From an uncultured Gammaproteobacteria bacterium (GTDB taxonomy: Bacteria > Patescibacteriota > Microgenomatia > CAYSOG01), in NCBI GenBank assembly GCA_964432675.1, contig CAYSOG010000004.1:30002-84417 (forward strand): DNA of 54,416 nucleotides, in the 5' to 3' direction. Below, in pieces: positions 51,690-54,416 of the stretch. The translations under genes and the position numbers were made by a program. Every line of letters begins with the position of its first letter. Within the stretch, counting starts at the first letter, position 1. The notes below the pieces were generated by a model that searched no databases, had not been told where the DNA came from, and saw nothing but the letters and a program-made list of their open reading frames with translations.

Positions 51690-52132
51690 TCTTTGCTTGG
51701 CGCGCCTTCAACTTTTTCAAACATAGCTGCAATTTCTTCGCAGGCTTTAACCAAGTCCTCACCGGTTGCAACATCATCACTCTGCTTGGCTTTTGAGGCT
51801 AATTTAGCCGTCTGCCAAACTTTTTCATGCAACTCTGGTACTTTTTCAAGATGTTCAGGTTTAAAGTAATCAGTCCAAAGCGTTAAGAGCTCGTGCTTAC
51901 ACTTACGACCATGCTCTTCTTTCACTAATACAAAACGGACGAAGTTATTTCTATCAGTAAATGAATTACTATCTTTTGGCAACTCGGCAATTTTTTGCTG
52001 CATTTTTCGCACAGTCTTTGCAGCCTCTACCATATCATTCGGATCATAAATACCACACGGAATATCACAGTGCGCCGATACGGTTGAGAATGGGTAAAAG
52101 CGATCTAACAATATGAGGTATTTTTTAAGCAT
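51686..52132 (-). CDS. sodN: Nickel superoxide dismutase precursor
   Basis: Ni-hook HCDIPCGIYDP after a 20-aa propeptide; 148 aa. Confidence 0.9.
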   Translation of the reverse strand: MLKKYLILLDRFYPFSTVSAHCDIPCGIYDPNDMVEAAKTVRKMQQKIAELPKDSNSFTDRNNFVRFVLVKEEHGRKCKHELLTLWTDYFKPEHLEKVPELHEKVWQTAKLASKAKQSDDVATGEDLVKACEEIAAMFEKVEGAPSKE

Positions 52133-52261
52133 AAATTTCCTTTCTTATTGGGTATATAGTATCAAGTATATCGTATTAGGTATAAAAAAACATTAACACA
52201 ATAATATACGAAATACCTGACACTAGATACAATATACTTTCATATGCTAAAGTAAATTGGT

Positions 52262-53629
52262 ATGCAAAATAGTATTAAATCGCTCCGCTTAACTTTCAAT
52301 GGTGCCGCAAAGGAAGTCACTGGCTCAAATCATTTACTTGAAATAGGCACAGAAAAAATATTAATCGACTGCGGATTGTTCCAGGGCACACGATTTGCAG
52401 AGGCCAAAAACTTCGAACCCTTTCCGTATGACTGTACGAGAGTAGGCTCACTCATATTAACGCATGCCCACTTAGACCATTGTGGCCGTATACCAAAACT
52501 TATCAAGGAAGGGTTTACCGGTAAAATTTACGCAACTGCACCAACAGCAGAACTTTGCGAAATCATTTTGCTTGATTCGGCCCATCTTATGATCAAGGAA
52601 GCCGAGCGCGACCACCACGAACCGCTCTATACGCTAGAAGATATCGACGAAGTTTTGGCTCGCTTCCAAACCATAAATTATGGGGAGCGTGTCACACTCG
52701 CAAACGACATTTCGTTCCGGCTGCATGATGCCGGCCATATCTTGGGTTCAGCCTACGCCGAAATTAATGCCATTGGCAAAACACTCCTTTTTAGTGGCGA
52801 TTTAGGAAATTCACCTGCACCGATTATCGGCAAGCTTGAAAATGCGATGGGCTGCGATGTCTTAATTTCAGAATCAACATATGGAAACCGCATCCATGAA
52901 GACGTAAAAAAGCGGGAAGAGCAATTAAAGCAAATCATCATTAGTACAATCCAAAAAAAGGGAGTTTTATTAATCCCAGCTTTTGCGCTCGAAAGGACCC
53001 AAGAGCTCTTGCATGCACTTGACCATTTAATTTCCCTGGATGAAATTCCTGACTGCAAAATTATTCTTGATAGTCCACTCGCTATTAAGGCCACTAATAT
53101 TTTTCAAGAATATAATAATTTCTTTAACCGCGATGACAAGGCAGAATTCCAGCGGAACAACTTTTTCCGTTTTAAGAATTTAGTAACAACCATAAGCCAT
53201 GAAGATAGTTTACGGATTGTTGAAATGCCGGGGCCTAAAATCATCATTGCGGGCGCCGGTATGATGAATGGAGGCCGAATTTTGCATCATGCCCAAAATT
53301 ACCTTGGTGATGCCAATAACACGCTATTGATTGTCGGATATCAGGCAGCAAACACGCTTGGACGAAAATTACTCGAAGGGGAACGGCATGTCAAAATATA
53401 CGGCCAAGACTTAACGGTCAATGCCAACGTTGCCGCTATTGGCGCGTATTCTGCCCACGCTGACCAAAAACAAATATTGGCATGGCTCTCACAAATGCAA
53501 TATTTCCCCAAACAAATTTTCTTAGTCCACGGCGAAGAACAAAGTGAAGACGGCTTAAAGGAAGCAATAGTCGCCAAATTCCAAACAGAAGTGATCGAAC
53601 CCGAATGGAAACAATCCTTTGATCTCTAA
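52262..53629 (+). CDS. MBL-fold beta-CASP family nuclease (RNA-metabolising)
   Basis: LTHAHLDHCGRIP (HxHxDH); beta-CASP-like middle region; C-terminal LVHGE. Confidence 0.75.
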   Translation: MQNSIKSLRLTFNGAAKEVTGSNHLLEIGTEKILIDCGLFQGTRFAEAKNFEPFPYDCTRVGSLILTHAHLDHCGRIPKLIKEGFTGKIYATAPTAELCEIILLDSAHLMIKEAERDHHEPLYTLEDIDEVLARFQTINYGERVTLANDISFRLHDAGHILGSAYAEINAIGKTLLFSGDLGNSPAPIIGKLENAMGCDVLISESTYGNRIHEDVKKREEQLKQIIISTIQKKGVLLIPAFALERTQELLHALDHLISLDEIPDCKIILDSPLAIKATNIFQEYNNFFNRDDKAEFQRNNFFRFKNLVTTISHEDSLRIVEMPGPKIIIAGAGMMNGGRILHHAQNYLGDANNTLLIVGYQAANTLGRKLLEGERHVKIYGQDLTVNANVAAIGAYSAHADQKQILAWLSQMQYFPKQIFLVHGEEQSEDGLKEAIVAKFQTEVIEPEWKQSFDL

Positions 53630-53700
53630 GATATAAAAGTCCTATCTGACCAATTCACTTTCCCCTTGACGCTTTTGCATGAACCCTTTACGCTAGAACT

Positions 53701-54150
53701 ATGATTTATATAGGTGCCGACCACGCCGGCTTTGAGTTAAAAGAAACCGTCAAAGGTTATTTAATGCAAAAAGGTATTGAATTTGAAGACTTCGGCGCAA
53801 CGCAATTCAACCCAAAAGATGATTATCCTGACTTTGGCTTTCCGGTAGCTGAGGCAGTCAGCAAAGGAGCCCACGAAGGGATCTTATTTTGCGAGTCAGC
53901 GGGTGGCATGACAATTCTTGCAAATAAAGTAAAAGGCATTCGGGCAGTAGAATGCGGGAACGTCCACGAGGTTGAGCACGCCAGGGTCCATAACGACGCC
54001 AATATTTTGGTATTGTCAAAAATGTCTCTTGACCCGGATAATATTAACGATGTTCTTGATGCTTGGTTTAACACTAAATTTACGAATGAAGAGCGGCATG
54101 TGCGAAGACTAAACAAAATCGCCCAATACGAGCAGGAACACTGGAAATAA
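53701..54150 (+). CDS. rpiB: Ribose-5-phosphate isomerase B
   Basis: IYIGADHAGFELKE and ILFCESAGGMTILANK (active-site Cys) motifs; 149 aa. Confidence 0.88.
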   Translation: MIYIGADHAGFELKETVKGYLMQKGIEFEDFGATQFNPKDDYPDFGFPVAEAVSKGAHEGILFCESAGGMTILANKVKGIRAVECGNVHEVEHARVHNDANILVLSKMSLDPDNINDVLDAWFNTKFTNEERHVRRLNKIAQYEQEHWK

Positions 54151-54163
54151 CGTTTTTTCCATC

Positions 54164-54416
54164 ATGCAATATCAAATTATCCCTGGTATTTTGCGGTACG
54201 ACGAAGCTTCGTATAGCAAAGACTTACATACGGCAGAACAGTTTGCTGATAGCATCCAAATAGATATTGTTGATACGTCTTTTTCCGACAAGGTAACTAT
54301 CGGCGCAGATATCATCATAAAGCATGCATCGAAAGTGCCGCTTGAAATCGACCTTTTGGTTGATACCCCAAAGCTGGTTATTGATGCGTTAGTGAAAGAT
54401 CCGTATATTCAGTCAT
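54164..54416 (+). CDS. Partial ORF running off the window, possibly a ribulose-phosphate 3-epimerase-like TIM-barrel protein
   Basis: Hand-translated open frame from ATG 54164 (MQYQIIPGIL...IQIDIVD...), no stop before the window end; pentose-phosphate context next to rpiB. Confidence 0.35.
   Translation, partial: MQYQIIPGILRYDEASYSKDLHTAEQFADSIQIDIVDTSFSDKVTIGADIIIKHASKVPLEIDLLVDTPKLVIDALVKDPYIQS

Noticed and set aside
1-54416. CRISPR arrays, rRNA genes, IS elements, integrases and prophage genes.
   Set aside because: I looked for regularly spaced direct repeats, rRNA-like conserved strings, and transposase/integrase-like ORFs on both strands. I found none.

Overview
This is a 54.4-kb chromosomal window from a moderately low-GC bacterium. 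Genes are tightly packed, many have short or absent 5' leaders, and there are many small membrane or hypothetical ORFs. The gene content is reminiscent of a reduced-genome lineage, but I cannot assign taxonomy without a database search.

Recognisable content:
- Polyamine genes: agmatinase (442-1392), arginine decarboxylase (8484-10097) and an AdoMetDC-like gene (29722-30087).
- A 1266-aa secreted protein combining PQQ-dehydrogenase-like, PKD, DUF2341 and LamG regions.
- Mannitol-1-P dehydrogenase, a polyprenyl synthase and a LigD-type 3'-phosphoesterase.
- PspA-like and PspC-like envelope proteins, an M20 peptidase and a D,D-carboxypeptidase.
- A long minus-strand Fe-S operon: Rrf2, IscA-like, DUF1858, sufC, sufB, two unknown paralogs, NMNAT, short sufD, sufS, sufU, ferredoxin.
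- Ni-SOD with its maturation protease, a beta-CASP nuclease and RpiB.
- Five tRNAs: His-GUG, Arg-UCU, Gly-UCC, Pro-UGG and Leu-UAA.

The stand-out region is 17653-24517. It holds two tandem, diverged copies of a four-gene cassette:
- a ~485-aa protein whose C-terminus carries a UBC/E2-like HPH-x7-Cys motif;
- a JAMM/JAB metalloprotease;
- a minimal (~225 aa) ThiF/E1-like adenylyltransferase;
- a small, nearly lysine-free, Arg-rich protein ending in Gly-Gly-stop.

I read this as a duplicated ubiquitin-like conjugation/deconjugation module. Each copy has its own consensus promoter and terminator, a perfectly conserved 25-nt leader element, and a conserved 3' box that is the exact reverse complement of the leader's Shine-Dalgarno region.

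Other points worth a second look:
- partial tRNA-Pro copies flanking the intact gene;
- a highly structured ~280-nt intergenic RNA candidate;
- a family of Cys-rich small proteins;
- unknown paralogs inserted in the suf operon;
- recurrent leaderless promoter-ATG geometry.

I saw no CRISPR array, rRNA gene, transposase or integrase.
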